Below, piece after piece: positions 19,494 through 29,711 of a stretch of 64,000 nucleotides of DNA. The stretch is taken from positions 58,414 through 122,413 of the forward strand of contig CAYYKL010000002.1 in assembly GCA_964441155.1 (NCBI GenBank). Reading direction: 5' to 3'. The stretch's first letter is position 1, and the number at the start of each line of letters is the position of its first letter. A program made the position numbers and the translations under genes. The notes under the pieces were generated by a model that made no database searches, was not told the origin of the DNA, and was given only the letters and a program-made list of their open reading frames with translations. This stretch comes from an uncultured Pseudomonadales bacterium. Lineage in GTDB: Bacteria; Patescibacteriota; Microgenomatia; UBA1400; RBG-16-45-19.

Positions 19494-20762
19494 ATCCAAA
19501 AAAACATAGGCGATCCCTGCACCCACAAACGCCATGCTCATGCCCCACACAAGCAGTCCTTTGAATACTCTCTTGCGCTGCGCTTGAATCGGAATAGCAG
19601 CCAAAGCCAAAGCGCCCAGCGTGGACAGCGGACTGACATCCACCATATGCGAACCCACTGATACCGCGATGACCATGTCTACGAGCTCCATTATCCCCAT
19701 CTTGGCAGCTAAGCCTGGAATCAGTGGAATAAATGCTGGCATAACCACACCCGATGATGAGCTGAACGCAGAAATTAATCCAGTGATTCCCGCCAGAGCA
19801 GCGTTAATAAAATGAGGCTTGGTGACGGTAGCAATAATCGTGGTCGCCAAATCTAACCCCCCCGTTTTTTCCATCAAACCAATAAGTACGGCAATGCCAC
19901 ACACCATGAGCATCGTTGACCACGGAATTTCTTTGAGCACTTCTTCTGTATCACCTAGTTGAGCTATAACCATGACCACCGACGCAATAAGTGCTGCCAA
20001 CACTAAAGGAACTTCGAGCGCGGTCACGGCTAGAATCATTGCACCGATAATAAGAAGGGTGAGATAGTGAACTTTAGTTGCCTTGATGGGAGCAGCATGC
20101 ATAGAAACCGTTTCAGTCGGGACGCTCGATTTTCTACGTGAGCGACGAATCAAAAAGATTGCATACGCCACTCCAGCAGTAATTGCCTGCAACAAAGCGG
20201 CACTCACAAACACCACCCAACTTAAGGAGACTTCGGTTAATCCGATAGCTTGCATTAACCCCGATGCCACGATGCCCGTGGGTGCCAGTGGCGAAAGTGC
20301 ACCAGCATTAGCCCCGGTGCAAATCATGATTGCCATCAGTAAAAACGACAAACGATAGTTGGCTGCCATACTCATGGCAACTGAAGCCAATAGTGCCACG
20401 GCGGCAATATTTCCAGGGCCAATGGCAGACAAAAGGAAACTGGCCAAAAAGAATAATATAGGCAACAACAACATTCTCCCATGAATCAGTTGTACCAGTT
20501 TTTGCGTCAATAGCTCCAAGGTGCCATTGGCTTGAGCCATGCCAAACACCAAACAGACGACCAAAAGCAATACGAACAAGTCACTAGGGAAACTATTCAA
20601 GACTGCTTTTATGGAAAGGCTTCCAAACTGTTGTCCAATGAGCAGTGCCGCAATGAGAGCCAAAATTCCAGGATTTAATTTTGGCAGTATGCAACTGGCA
20701 ACAATAACCACAAAAAGCGCAAGTAGTGACAATGCAGCAACTGACATTGAAATCCTTTTCAA
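19485..20762 (-). CDS. SLC13/MatC-like dicarboxylate permease
   Basis: Highly hydrophobic; AQANGTL, FSSSSGVVMP and VDVSPLSTLGAL. Confidence 0.8.
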   Translation of the reverse strand: MKRISMSVAALSLLALFVVIVASCILPKLNPGILALIAALLIGQQFGSLSIKAVLNSFPSDLFVLLLVVCLVFGMAQANGTLELLTQKLVQLIHGRMLLLPILFFLASFLLSAIGPGNIAAVALLASVAMSMAANYRLSFLLMAIMICTGANAGALSPLAPTGIVASGLMQAIGLTEVSLSWVVFVSAALLQAITAGVAYAIFLIRRSRRKSSVPTETVSMHAAPIKATKVHYLTLLIIGAMILAVTALEVPLVLAALIASVVMVIAQLGDTEEVLKEIPWSTMLMVCGIAVLIGLMEKTGGLDLATTIIATVTKPHFINAALAGITGLISAFSSSSGVVMPAFIPLIPGLAAKMGIMELVDMVIAVSVGSHMVDVSPLSTLGALALAAIPIQAQRKRVFKGLLVWGMSMAFVGAGIAYVFLDLA

Positions 20763-20781
20763 GAGGTGATTAAAGATTCGC

Positions 20782-21420
20782 CTATGCAGTGTAGCGATTG
20801 AGCAACGTCAGCGGTGTGCTTGCAGTCACTGACAATAAATGAAATTTGGGGATTAAGAAGCATTGCTCGCGTCGAAAACAGTCAGTTGTATGGTCATTAA
20901 TCATACCCACGGCTTGCATAAACGCATAGCAAATCGTTGGACCAACAAAGGTCATGCCACGCTCTTTCAATGAATTACTCATTGCATCTGACTCGCTGCT
21001 AGTTGCTGGATAATCCCCCAGCACTTTAATTGAGTGAACAATGGTTTTATGGTCAACAAAACTCCACAAGTAGTGAGAAAACGATGGTTCATTTTTTTGA
21101 ATTTCTAGAAAGACTCGAGCGTTTTTGACAATTGCATTCACTTTCAATCGATTGCGAATAATGCCTGGATTCTGGAGCAATGATTCAATTTTGGCAGCAT
21201 CGTAGTGCTGCACCACTTCAGGATCGAGATTATCAAACAAAGCAAAATAGTTATCGCGTTTTTTGAGAATGGTTGACCACGATAATCCCGCTTGCATACA
21301 ATCAAGCATGAGTTTGGCAAAAAGCGCTTTATCATTATGAACAGGCACGCCCCACTCCAAATCGTGATAAGCAATCATTTGGGGATCATCTCCGACCCAC
21401 GGACAACGAATGTGAGGCAT
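20782..21420 (-). CDS. tag: DNA-3-methyladenine glycosylase I
   Basis: RCPW, YHDLEWG, QAGLSW, IIRNRLK, FVGPTI and NDH..DC. Confidence 0.95.
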   Translation of the reverse strand: MPHIRCPWVGDDPQMIAYHDLEWGVPVHNDKALFAKLMLDCMQAGLSWSTILKKRDNYFALFDNLDPEVVQHYDAAKIESLLQNPGIIRNRLKVNAIVKNARVFLEIQKNEPSFSHYLWSFVDHKTIVHSIKVLGDYPATSSESDAMSNSLKERGMTFVGPTICYAFMQAVGMINDHTTDCFRREQCFLIPKFHLLSVTASTPLTLLNRYTA

Positions 21421-21425
21421 TTTAT

Positions 21426-21722
21426 TTACACCAAAAAATCAACAATAATAATATCTTCCAATATTGGGTAAAGGTATGAATTGCATAGCTCAATATGAGC
21501 AGCACTCACTAAAAAAGCATCTCGGGAAATTTCTGAATCAAAAGTCACTACTGCTCCATACGTATATCCTTTATCATCACCTTCCGTGCTAATATTTTTC
21601 CCAAATTCAATTGATTGAATTCCCTCAGTTGCTTCAAATTGTTTCCATGCAGAAAAGAATGCATTTATTTGTTTAGACTCTGAAGTATTTTTGAATTTAA
21701 ATAATAGAATTTGCTTAATCAT
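21426..21722 (-). CDS. Dabb-family stress-responsive A/B barrel protein
   Basis: MIKQILLFKFK...GKNISTE...GYTYG.VVTF...H...VDF. Confidence 0.8.
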   Translation of the reverse strand: MIKQILLFKFKNTSESKQINAFFSAWKQFEATEGIQSIEFGKNISTEGDDKGYTYGAVVTFDSEISRDAFLVSAAHIELCNSYLYPILEDIIIVDFLV

Positions 21723-21724
21723 TG

Positions 21725-22927
21725 CTACTCCTTATTGTGTAATTTAGCGAGTAAGAAATTCGCTGGAATGAAAACGATCGTTAACAATGCCATTATTAAA
21801 AAGCTTGGAAATAACCCAAATGAATCGGCTGATTTCCCAAACAAAAATGCAACGAGGACATACACAAAATTACTGCAAAATGAAATAAATGAGGTGGCAG
21901 TTGCTCGACTCTCGCTTGTTATTCTTGCTTGCCAATCACTTTGCATAACGATTTCTCCAATAGCTTTGACTGTCCGTAGCAGCATGAAGCCAATTATCAC
22001 AGATGTAATCGAGCCGATACTAATCAGCGATAATAATCCAACAGACATTAAGGTTAAGGCGATGTAAATAGTACTGTTAGAGATATGTTTTATTCGATGA
22101 ACAAGTAACCCACCAAGTGCAAAAAAGAGCATTTCTAAAAATGCCAATATGCCAATTAGCTGAAAAGAAATATTTAACTGATTCAGTGACACGGTGAAAT
22201 ACTCGGTAATAACTTTATAGACAAGCATCGTGGTGATGCTATAAAGCAATATTCTTTTGAGCGAAATTGATTTAACAATTTGATGTAAAGCCTCTTTGAA
22301 AATACTTGCGAATTTGAGCTCATTGCTTTGGGTCAAATGTGCCGGCTCTCGCATAAATAGTATTGGAATAATTCCTAAGAACCCAATTACTAATGAACCG
22401 ATGAGATTGGATTCTACAGATATCTGAGTTAAAAATCCTGCAAGCAATACTCCGAGTCCCAATCCAATTTCTCGCGATACGGCACCGATAGTGAGCAGGA
22501 TTGAGAAATTAGTTTCTGCTCCGTTTTCTTTCAAGAAATCATACACCAATGCCTCCTCAGCACCAGACATGAATGACTCATTAATAGCCCACATCATCAT
22601 TCCTGCCATAAACCCCCAAAAGCTGGGAAAAGCGATGAAAAAAATGAGTCCTCCCAAAAAAGCACATTTACTAATTAAAAGCGTGTTTCTTCGTCCCCAT
22701 AGATCCGCAGCTATTCCACTAGGGATTTCGAGGATGAGTATTCCTAATGACCAGGCACCCAAAAGCAGTGAAACTTGAGTGAACGACATGCCTTTTTCTA
22801 TGAAGTAGATATTCTGTATGAGCCAAAAGAAATTGAAATACCACAAGAACCGAGATAGAGAAAAAAGCATCGCAAAGGATTTGATATTTCGAGGTAATTT
22901 GAGGAATCTTGCTACACTTTTTTTCAC
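21725..22927 (-). CDS. MFS transporter
   Basis: LEIPSGIAADLWGRR, SGAEEALVYD and RATATS; about 12 TM. Confidence 0.85.
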   Translation of the reverse strand: MKKSVARFLKLPRNIKSFAMLFSLSRFLWYFNFFWLIQNIYFIEKGMSFTQVSLLLGAWSLGILILEIPSGIAADLWGRRNTLLISKCAFLGGLIFFIAFPSFWGFMAGMMMWAINESFMSGAEEALVYDFLKENGAETNFSILLTIGAVSREIGLGLGVLLAGFLTQISVESNLIGSLVIGFLGIIPILFMREPAHLTQSNELKFASIFKEALHQIVKSISLKRILLYSITTMLVYKVITEYFTVSLNQLNISFQLIGILAFLEMLFFALGGLLVHRIKHISNSTIYIALTLMSVGLLSLISIGSITSVIIGFMLLRTVKAIGEIVMQSDWQARITSESRATATSFISFCSNFVYVLVAFLFGKSADSFGLFPSFLIMALLTIVFIPANFLLAKLHNKE

Positions 22928-22944
22928 AATTTCTCAGCTTTGCA

Positions 22945-23598
22945 TTATCGAAGTATTTCTTTTATGAATTCATACATTCGATCAGCCACGATTGGATGTG
23001 ATTCGGGCTCCAAATGCACGCCATCAAATTCTCCTGGCTGAACAATAGAAGCAAGATCCAAAAAGTCACACTGAAATTCTCTAGCAATCTGCTCATACAC
23101 TGTTGCTAATTGCCTGGATTTTTTTTCTGCACCCGCAAATTGCGTGCCCGAACCTAGGTTAGTTTCAATAACCAAAGGCGGACCAATAAGCAAAATCTGT
23201 GATTGATTTCCTTGAGCGTCTTTGGCAATTGCTTGAATGAGTTCGATATTTTTCTTTAGACCTGCACCCACTTCAACTGGCGTACGGTTGAATCTCGACT
23301 TCAGGTCGTTGGTGCCCAGCCAGAGGATAACCACGTCCAGAGGGCTATGGGTTTCAAGACACGGGCGCAAATACTCCAAACCATTTCGACCCGGAAACTC
23401 CGGATCATCATCTTCAAAGTCCGTGGTGCGCCCACGCAATCCCTCTTCGATTATTTCGTGAGTCTCGCCCAGTTTTTCTTGCAATAAACCAGCCCAGCGA
23501 ATGTTTGAGGGATAGCGGGTGACACTTTTGCCACTTCTGCCCCAAGTGTTTGAATCGCCATAGCAAAGAATTCGTATTGCGCGTGGGTTTGGGTTCAT
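22945..23598 (-). CDS. SGNH/GDSL hydrolase (arylesterase-like)
   Basis: GDSNTWG, EEGLRGRT, LGTND and DGVH. Confidence 0.92.
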   Translation of the reverse strand: MNPNPRAIRILCYGDSNTWGRSGKSVTRYPSNIRWAGLLQEKLGETHEIIEEGLRGRTTDFEDDDPEFPGRNGLEYLRPCLETHSPLDVVILWLGTNDLKSRFNRTPVEVGAGLKKNIELIQAIAKDAQGNQSQILLIGPPLVIETNLGSGTQFAGAEKKSRQLATVYEQIAREFQCDFLDLASIVQPGEFDGVHLEPESHPIVADRMYEFIKEILR

Positions 23599-23669
23599 AT
23601 GATGTTATTTTGTTTGTGATTGCACAAGTTCTCGGCCGATTGGCCTCGAACAGTATTTCCAAATAATAC

Positions 23670-24383
23670 TTATTCTGAAATATGTCGAACCCCAATATCT
23701 GGATAAACGACGTTAACCGGCGTATCCAACAAAAATGCCACTAATCTGGCTACCTCTTCAGTTTCGATTGCATTCTCCATTTGCTTAGGGTTTCCAGCCC
23801 GCTCAAACAATTTGGTATTCATTTTGCCCGGGAATAGTCCAGTCACGGCAATGCCATGTTGCTTCAGATCATCTGCCAAAGATTTGGTGAACCCCGTCAC
23901 ACCCCACTTCGAGGCGTAATACACACTGCGCTCTGGTTTATGACTTAATCCCGCTTGCGAGCTCACATTGATTATCAAGCCGAAATGTTGTTGTTTCATA
24001 ATAGACACTACGGCCTTGGTTGCATACATTATGCCTAAAAGATTTACTTCCAACACTTCACGCATATATTCTGGATCATTTGATTCAAGCTCTCCCTCAA
24101 TCCACAATCCTGCGCAATTTATAAGCACATCAATATGCTTGTGGTTTTCGATAACCTGATTGACTGCCTGCTGAATTGAAGAAAATTCGCGAACATCGGC
24201 AACAACCGATTCCACTCCCAATTCATGGGCAACTGCATCTACCTTTTGAGCATTTGCGGACGAAATAATGACGCTATGATTCGGCGATAGTGTTTTGGCA
24301 ATTGCTTTGCCCAAGCCATCGGTGCCCCCCGTAATCAGGACTACTTTTCTTGATTGTTCGCTCATTTTTTCCTCCATATACAA
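23670..24383 (-). CDS. SDR family oxidoreductase
   Basis: TGGTDGLG, NCAG and YYASK. Confidence 0.92.
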   Translation of the reverse strand: MYMEEKMSEQSRKVVLITGGTDGLGKAIAKTLSPNHSVIISSANAQKVDAVAHELGVESVVADVREFSSIQQAVNQVIENHKHIDVLINCAGLWIEGELESNDPEYMREVLEVNLLGIMYATKAVVSIMKQQHFGLIINVSSQAGLSHKPERSVYYASKWGVTGFTKSLADDLKQHGIAVTGLFPGKMNTKLFERAGNPKQMENAIETEEVARLVAFLLDTPVNVVYPDIGVRHISE

Positions 24384-24386
24384 GTA

Positions 24387-24779
24387 TTACTTGTTGCCTA
24401 TGATTTGTATCAGGTTTCCATCCAGATCATACATCGTAGCGAAATATTTATCGAACGTCGGTGCTTTGAATGGAGTGGCCAAGAATTTCACACCTTTTGA
24501 AAGTAATAGTTCGTAGGCTTGAGTGACGGAGTCAACATTGATGTTGAACATATGGCGGTGAAGATCAGAATTTTTACCATGGACTTGCGAATGCTGACCG
24601 ATCCAAAGCCAAGTGTCGCCTTGCGGAAATGCAAATAAAACTCCAGTGTCTTGGGGGTGATCCAATTCTTCTACCACTTTGAGTTCAAAGTTTGTTTGGT
24701 ACCAATTCGCAAGCTTTCGAAAATCCTCGGACCAAATGAGAATGGTAGAAATTTTTTGAAACATATTTGCATGCTCCAC
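24387..24779 (-). CDS. VOC/glyoxalase family protein
   Basis: LANWYQ..F, FNINVDSV and DLDGNLIQI. Confidence 0.8.
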   Translation of the reverse strand: MEHANMFQKISTILIWSEDFRKLANWYQTNFELKVVEELDHPQDTGVLFAFPQGDTWLWIGQHSQVHGKNSDLHRHMFNINVDSVTQAYELLLSKGVKFLATPFKAPTFDKYFATMYDLDGNLIQIIGNK

Positions 24780-24785
24780 TAATAA

Positions 24786-25424
24786 TTAGTTTATATTTAT
24801 TAAATCTAAAGCATCGAATTGTTTTTCGATCAATTCATCGTTAATCGATTCTAAGTCCAACGCGCACATTTTTTGGATTTGTTGCTCGATGATTTTACAC
24901 TCTTGATGATAACGCTCTAATTCATTTTTCTCATGAGGATATCTTTTTTTGAGGTCTTCAAATCGCTGATCAACGGAAAGGATGCCATGGAGTCCAATGC
25001 GCATGTCGGAGTAATAGCAAATTTTCTCGTGCCAGAAATCTCCATCGTTATACTTATGCATTGCCTCGCCATGGCTGTTTTCACATAATTGAGCGATTTG
25101 ATCGTCTGATGAAATTTCTTTAACTATTTGAAGTGTGGCTTTGTCTGCGTCATTGCCATATTTTCGAATAAAATTTTCTTGAGTGACTTTATATGACTCA
25201 ACCTTTTCACTATCTTCAGGTGCAAACATCGAAGTATTTTTGAAGTTAAATTTAATGATGTTTCCCATGTCATGAAGGAGGAGCGTTTTGATGATGAGGT
25301 CAGCATCAATTACTTGAGAAGTGCTATTGTCGCAAATAATTTTGCCAACTGCAGCCACTCGAAGCATATGCAATTGCAAATTCTCAGGAATGTCGTATTG
25401 CTCGTAAATATTTAAAATGTTCAT
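24786..25424 (-). CDS. HD-domain phosphohydrolase
   Basis: HMLRVA...LLHDMG...YSDMR. Confidence 0.78.
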   Translation of the reverse strand: MNILNIYEQYDIPENLQLHMLRVAAVGKIICDNSTSQVIDADLIIKTLLLHDMGNIIKFNFKNTSMFAPEDSEKVESYKVTQENFIRKYGNDADKATLQIVKEISSDDQIAQLCENSHGEAMHKYNDGDFWHEKICYYSDMRIGLHGILSVDQRFEDLKKRYPHEKNELERYHQECKIIEQQIQKMCALDLESINDELIEKQFDALDLININ

Positions 25425-25449
25425 AAAATAATACCCATAACCGATTTGC

Positions 25450-26073
25450 TCAGATTTCTAACCACCGCTCTTCCCCTAACCAGGTAATTGTGTCATTAAC
25501 TTTCGTTATTACTTCTCCATCTTTGAGAAGAGCAAGTCTCCCCTTGTGCCAATGCTTTTCTATCTCTGGCAAGAATTCTTCCTGATAATGGGGATAAATT
25601 TCAAAATCGATCAATCCTAAGCCAGGAATCAACTCCGCGCCCGGTTCAGGTTCGCGTAGATACCAATCTGATGCACTTTGTGTGTGGGAACATGCCATGC
25701 TGCCAGCACTTGAACCGACATAAACAAGTCCTTTATCTAAGAGATTTGGCAATTTTTGTGCAAGACCACACCGACGCATCCAATAAAGCAGATAACCGGT
25801 GAAGCCTCCGGCAATCCACAGAATATCTGCTGATTTAATTGTTTGAAGCACATCACGCTGCTGGAAGTCTTCCAACTCAACAATGGTGAATTTTGGAAAA
25901 AGTGGCTTAATCACTTGAATTGATTCGCTCGCTTTCCAAGCTCCATAGAACTCGCCATTTGCAGCGGTAACCACATAGGCAACTTTTTTATCCGATAATT
26001 TGCCATCGACAAATGTTTTGAGTTTTTCAATCGTTTTGGGATGCTTGCCTTCTGAGGAGAGAAAAATTTTCAT
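25450..26073 (-). CDS. Peptidase S51 (dipeptidase E-like)
   Basis: IAGGFT, YVGSSAGS and GLGLIDFEIYPHY. Confidence 0.85.
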   Translation of the reverse strand: MKIFLSSEGKHPKTIEKLKTFVDGKLSDKKVAYVVTAANGEFYGAWKASESIQVIKPLFPKFTIVELEDFQQRDVLQTIKSADILWIAGGFTGYLLYWMRRCGLAQKLPNLLDKGLVYVGSSAGSMACSHTQSASDWYLREPEPGAELIPGLGLIDFEIYPHYQEEFLPEIEKHWHKGRLALLKDGEVITKVNDTITWLGEERWLEI

Positions 26074-26816
26074 ATAATTTTCTCAATTGTATCAAGCAAT
26101 TTTAGACGATGTGGTGGATGAAAATCATGACTGCCATCGATTTCCGTATAGTTTCCTTTCAGTAACTGCTGCAATCCACTATAGTCTTCATCGATAATTA
26201 CTTGATCTTGCAACGGTCGAATCGCGAACAATTTTGTTTGAGCAAAAAGATCGTTATACAGTTCTTGAGGTTTGATAGTCTTTATCTCCGACCAAAACTC
26301 TGGAGGAATATAGGTCCAACTACCATCAGAGCGCTCAATAACACTTTCTTTGTTTTCATCAATACGAGAACCCGGACGCTTGGAAAAATAATCAATCAGA
26401 CGTTTATATGGTGAAGTTGTAGGGGGTGCCAGCAATACAGTCTTTTGAATATTTTTTGGCTGTAGCAACCCAACAACTACGCATCCCATGGAATGAGCAA
26501 TGAGAGAGGTGTTCTCGGGTGAAAAAAGCACGGTAAATTTTTCGATAACTTGACTAAGCATGCGTGACTGCATTGAGCACGGCAGCACATACGTTGCGTT
26601 TTCATCGATGCTAATACGGTTATAGTCAAACCGGACCACAATCGAGCGATCTTTGATTGTGTCACCAATTTCGTTAAACATGCCCCATGAATCACGCTTC
26701 ACGCCAAACCCATGTGAAAAAATTACCAGCCGTTTTGCGTTTTCATTACCTTCATATTCACCTTTAATAGCAAAATTATCAGCAAAAGGAATGTTGAACT
26801 GCGTAAGTGAAGTCAT
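26070..26816 (-). CDS. Alpha/beta hydrolase
   Basis: HGFG, AHSMG nucleophile elbow, DQVI and GSHDF. Confidence 0.85.
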   Translation of the reverse strand: MTSLTQFNIPFADNFAIKGEYEGNENAKRLVIFSHGFGVKRDSWGMFNEIGDTIKDRSIVVRFDYNRISIDENATYVLPCSMQSRMLSQVIEKFTVLFSPENTSLIAHSMGCVVVGLLQPKNIQKTVLLAPPTTSPYKRLIDYFSKRPGSRIDENKESVIERSDGSWTYIPPEFWSEIKTIKPQELYNDLFAQTKLFAIRPLQDQVIIDEDYSGLQQLLKGNYTEIDGSHDFHPPHRLKLLDTIEKII

Positions 26817-26908
26817 CTCTGACCGATTATATCAGTGCATTCGAATCTAATTGTTTTGCATTTTAAACATAATTGTATTAACAACCCAATCTGGATATAC
26901 TAACCCAT

Positions 26909-27655
26909 ATGATTAGCTTAGTGTTTTATTCACTTATTGCAGGATTGATTTCGCTCAGTGGAGCAGCACTTCTCTTATGGCGCCGCTCATTCTCTCCTAA
27001 ACTGTTAACCGGGTTACTTTCATTCGCGGCTGGAACATTTTTATCGACCGTTTTTTTTGAAATGCTTCCTGAAGCGGTTGAAGCGGTGACTGAGCCACAC
27101 TCCATTTTCATGTTTGTTCTAGCAGGATTTGCGAGCTTTTTTGTTCTAGAACGCTTGAGTATGCGCTTTGTGGTTGCTTCATCCAAACATGACCATGCCG
27201 ATCACACTGAATCGTTGCCACTATTAATGATTATCGGCGATAGCATTCATAATTTTATCGATGGCATTGTGCTCTCACTTGCCTATCTAACTAACCCCGC
27301 CCTTGCGCTTCCAACTGCACTTGCGATTGCCACGCACGAAATTCCACAAGAAGTTGGCGACGCGGTAGTTTTTTTGAAACTTGGATGGAATAAAAAACGA
27401 ATTCTAATCCTCAATATTTATCAATCCTTACTCACCGTTCCCGGAGTATTCATCGGCTTATGGTTTGGCAACATGTTTGAAACAGCACTGTCTTATTTAT
27501 TAGCTGTGGCCGCCGGCATCTTTTTATATATTGCCGCTTCAGATCTTATTCCTGAAATTCATCACTCAACGGGACATAAAAATGTAGCAATCGCGGTGGT
27601 ACCGTTTGTGGGGGCGATTTGCTTTATGTATGTGCTCCTGCGATTGACCCACTAA
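26909..27655 (+). CDS. ZIP-family metal transporter
   Basis: FAAGTFL, His-rich loop HDHADH, HNFIDG, HEIPQEVGD and DLIPE. Confidence 0.92.
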   Translation: MISLVFYSLIAGLISLSGAALLLWRRSFSPKLLTGLLSFAAGTFLSTVFFEMLPEAVEAVTEPHSIFMFVLAGFASFFVLERLSMRFVVASSKHDHADHTESLPLLMIIGDSIHNFIDGIVLSLAYLTNPALALPTALAIATHEIPQEVGDAVVFLKLGWNKKRILILNIYQSLLTVPGVFIGLWFGNMFETALSYLLAVAAGIFLYIAASDLIPEIHHSTGHKNVAIAVVPFVGAICFMYVLLRLTH

Positions 27656-27683
27656 GACCATTTGTGATCTATCTCACTGCGCG

Positions 27684-28184
27684 TTGCAGGTAACGCCTGT
27701 CACAATCCCAGGCATGAGATTTCTTCAAGAAGCTAGACAAAAACTATTCGGTCACCCGCATGAATGCCCACCAGATTGCCAAGGCTGCACGGAATTTTTA
27801 AATAGGATTTCAGAAAATCACCCAGAGGCAATTCGATTAAGATTTCTTACGCCCAGAGTGGAAGCAACTTCATTAGGTCCAATTAGGGCATGTGTAAAAG
27901 ATGAGCGGGGCATAACCGCTGCAATTTGCGATGCAGCTATTGAAGGCAGAAGTGCAGAAATTGGTATCTTAAAAGATCCAGACATTCCTCTTCGAGGCGC
28001 GGCGGATATGGCTTTTAGTCTAATGGTTCCAAAATTAAAAGAGTTGGGCGCTCGAGAAGCATATGGTTATGTGGTCAAAGATAATTTTTCTTCGCAAAAT
28101 TTCTTAGCTCGAAATGGTTTCACGCCAAATATTGATGAATTGGATGGAACTCGAGGATATGATACATGGAGCAGAGAGTTATAA
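27684..28184 (+). CDS. GNAT-like protein with an N-terminal CX3CX2C motif
   Basis: C-terminus AEIGI...RGAA...DNFSSQNFLARNGF resembles a GNAT fold; N-terminal HECPPDCQGC. Alternative ATG at 27714. Confidence 0.55.
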   Translation: MQVTPVTIPGMRFLQEARQKLFGHPHECPPDCQGCTEFLNRISENHPEAIRLRFLTPRVEATSLGPIRACVKDERGITAAICDAAIEGRSAEIGILKDPDIPLRGAADMAFSLMVPKLKELGAREAYGYVVKDNFSSQNFLARNGFTPNIDELDGTRGYDTWSREL

Positions 28185-28186
28185 AA

Positions 28187-29248
28187 TTATAAATTTTGCT
28201 CAAAAAACTCCACACTCTTTTGCATCGCCTGAGAAAAAGTTGAGCCAGTAAAGTTGTGGTCACCGCTAGGATATTCGATTATCTCATGCTTGAGTGGTGT
28301 AGAATCAAGCACTCTACCCAAATTTCTCGCATACTCAACACTCACCACTGCATCATCTATGGGATGATGGACTTGCAAAGCGGTTGCTACATCACTCAAA
28401 TAATTTACCGGTGCCACTTGTTGCCAAAAGAAGCTACCCGCATCGAATTGACCATAGGTATCAAATAATTGCTGGCGCAACCGCTGGCGATTAGTGTCGT
28501 TTGATGGCGGCCGGTAGGAGTTGTCATCAATGCCAAAATCACGCATATCTTGATAGGTGTAGACTGCACCAGCAAAAATGACAGCCGCGGGAATATCACG
28601 CTTGGCTGCAATTGAGCGCAACACCACATTGCCGGCCATGCTATGCCCCCACAATCCAATGCGACTCTCATCTACAAAATCAAGCGATGCTAAAGCTGCG
28701 TAGGCATTAAGCGTGTCGACAACATAATCGCTGGAATAATAGGCTCCACTCGCCTCTCCTTCTGATTCTCCATGACCTCTCAGGTCTATTTTAAACACCA
28801 CAAAACCTCGTCGTGCAAAATAGTCGACGTAAGCTTGATATCTCTCTTGAGTTTTATACAGTGTCGGAGGAATGTAACCGTGGATAAACACAATTGCTGG
28901 AGCTTTTTGATCACTTGTTGCACTTGTTGGTTTAGTGAGTAGCGCGTTGATTTGCAAACGATCAGAATCATAGCTCGTGAGATAAGAAATATAGCCATTG
29001 TTGGTGCTTAGGGGGCGTAATTCCTCAACTTCACTCGCATAGTCTCGCTCACGCAAAAAGGGAATCGTGTATTCCTGAAACGGAAATGGCGTGGGTGAAA
29101 GTATGCGTGGTGCTTGAGACAAACTGGTTTCAGGCTTAAGCAAGCCAGAAATTTTTTCAGGAATTGTCTTTTGTCGCAAAGTCAAAACATATAATGCCAA
29201 GGAACCAACAAAGAGAAAGATAATCAAAATGAGATACTTTTTTTGCAT
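28187..29248 (-). CDS. Exported alpha/beta hydrolase (peptidase S9-like)
   Basis: Signal/anchor segment; HGYIPP, DLRGHG, GHSMAG, DAVV and DHNF. Confidence 0.88.
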   Translation of the reverse strand: MQKKYLILIIFLFVGSLALYVLTLRQKTIPEKISGLLKPETSLSQAPRILSPTPFPFQEYTIPFLRERDYASEVEELRPLSTNNGYISYLTSYDSDRLQINALLTKPTSATSDQKAPAIVFIHGYIPPTLYKTQERYQAYVDYFARRGFVVFKIDLRGHGESEGEASGAYYSSDYVVDTLNAYAALASLDFVDESRIGLWGHSMAGNVVLRSIAAKRDIPAAVIFAGAVYTYQDMRDFGIDDNSYRPPSNDTNRQRLRQQLFDTYGQFDAGSFFWQQVAPVNYLSDVATALQVHHPIDDAVVSVEYARNLGRVLDSTPLKHEIIEYPSGDHNFTGSTFSQAMQKSVEFFEQNL

Positions 29249-29423
29249 GCCAAAAGATTTTACCGAGTATGCCCATTTTGTCCATGCTTGCTTACGTGCT
29301 CATTGACCACCATTGCTATGCAATAGCTGTCATAATGGTTTGATTAACCGCACTTCTCAATAAGACGTGTTATACTTAAGGCACAAATAGTTGAGATATT
29401 TATTCTTGAAAGTACGTGGACAC

Positions 29424-29699
29424 ATGAACTCAGGCACAAAATGCACTCGCTGCGGTAAACCCCGAAAACTCGCAAAAACATGGACCGAAGACATCGAAGT
29501 GTACGGACAAACATCTAAAGTGACTCACTCATTGTATGTGTGTGCTGATCCAACCTGCCAAGAAATTGTTGACGGAAAATTAGCTGACTTAAAGCAAGCC
29601 TCTCTCGATCGAACACAGGCAAGTTTGCAACGAGAAAACGATCGCAAAGAAGCCTTGGCCAGAAGCCAGCGCAATCGAGTCGCCAAGCCAAAAGCTTGA
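29424..29699 (+). CDS. Small zinc-ribbon / coiled-coil hypothetical protein
   Basis: CTRCGK...CADPTCQ followed by a basic helical tail. Confidence 0.7.
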   Translation: MNSGTKCTRCGKPRKLAKTWTEDIEVYGQTSKVTHSLYVCADPTCQEIVDGKLADLKQASLDRTQASLQRENDRKEALARSQRNRVAKPKA

Positions 29700-29711
29700 A
29701 CAATATTCCCT

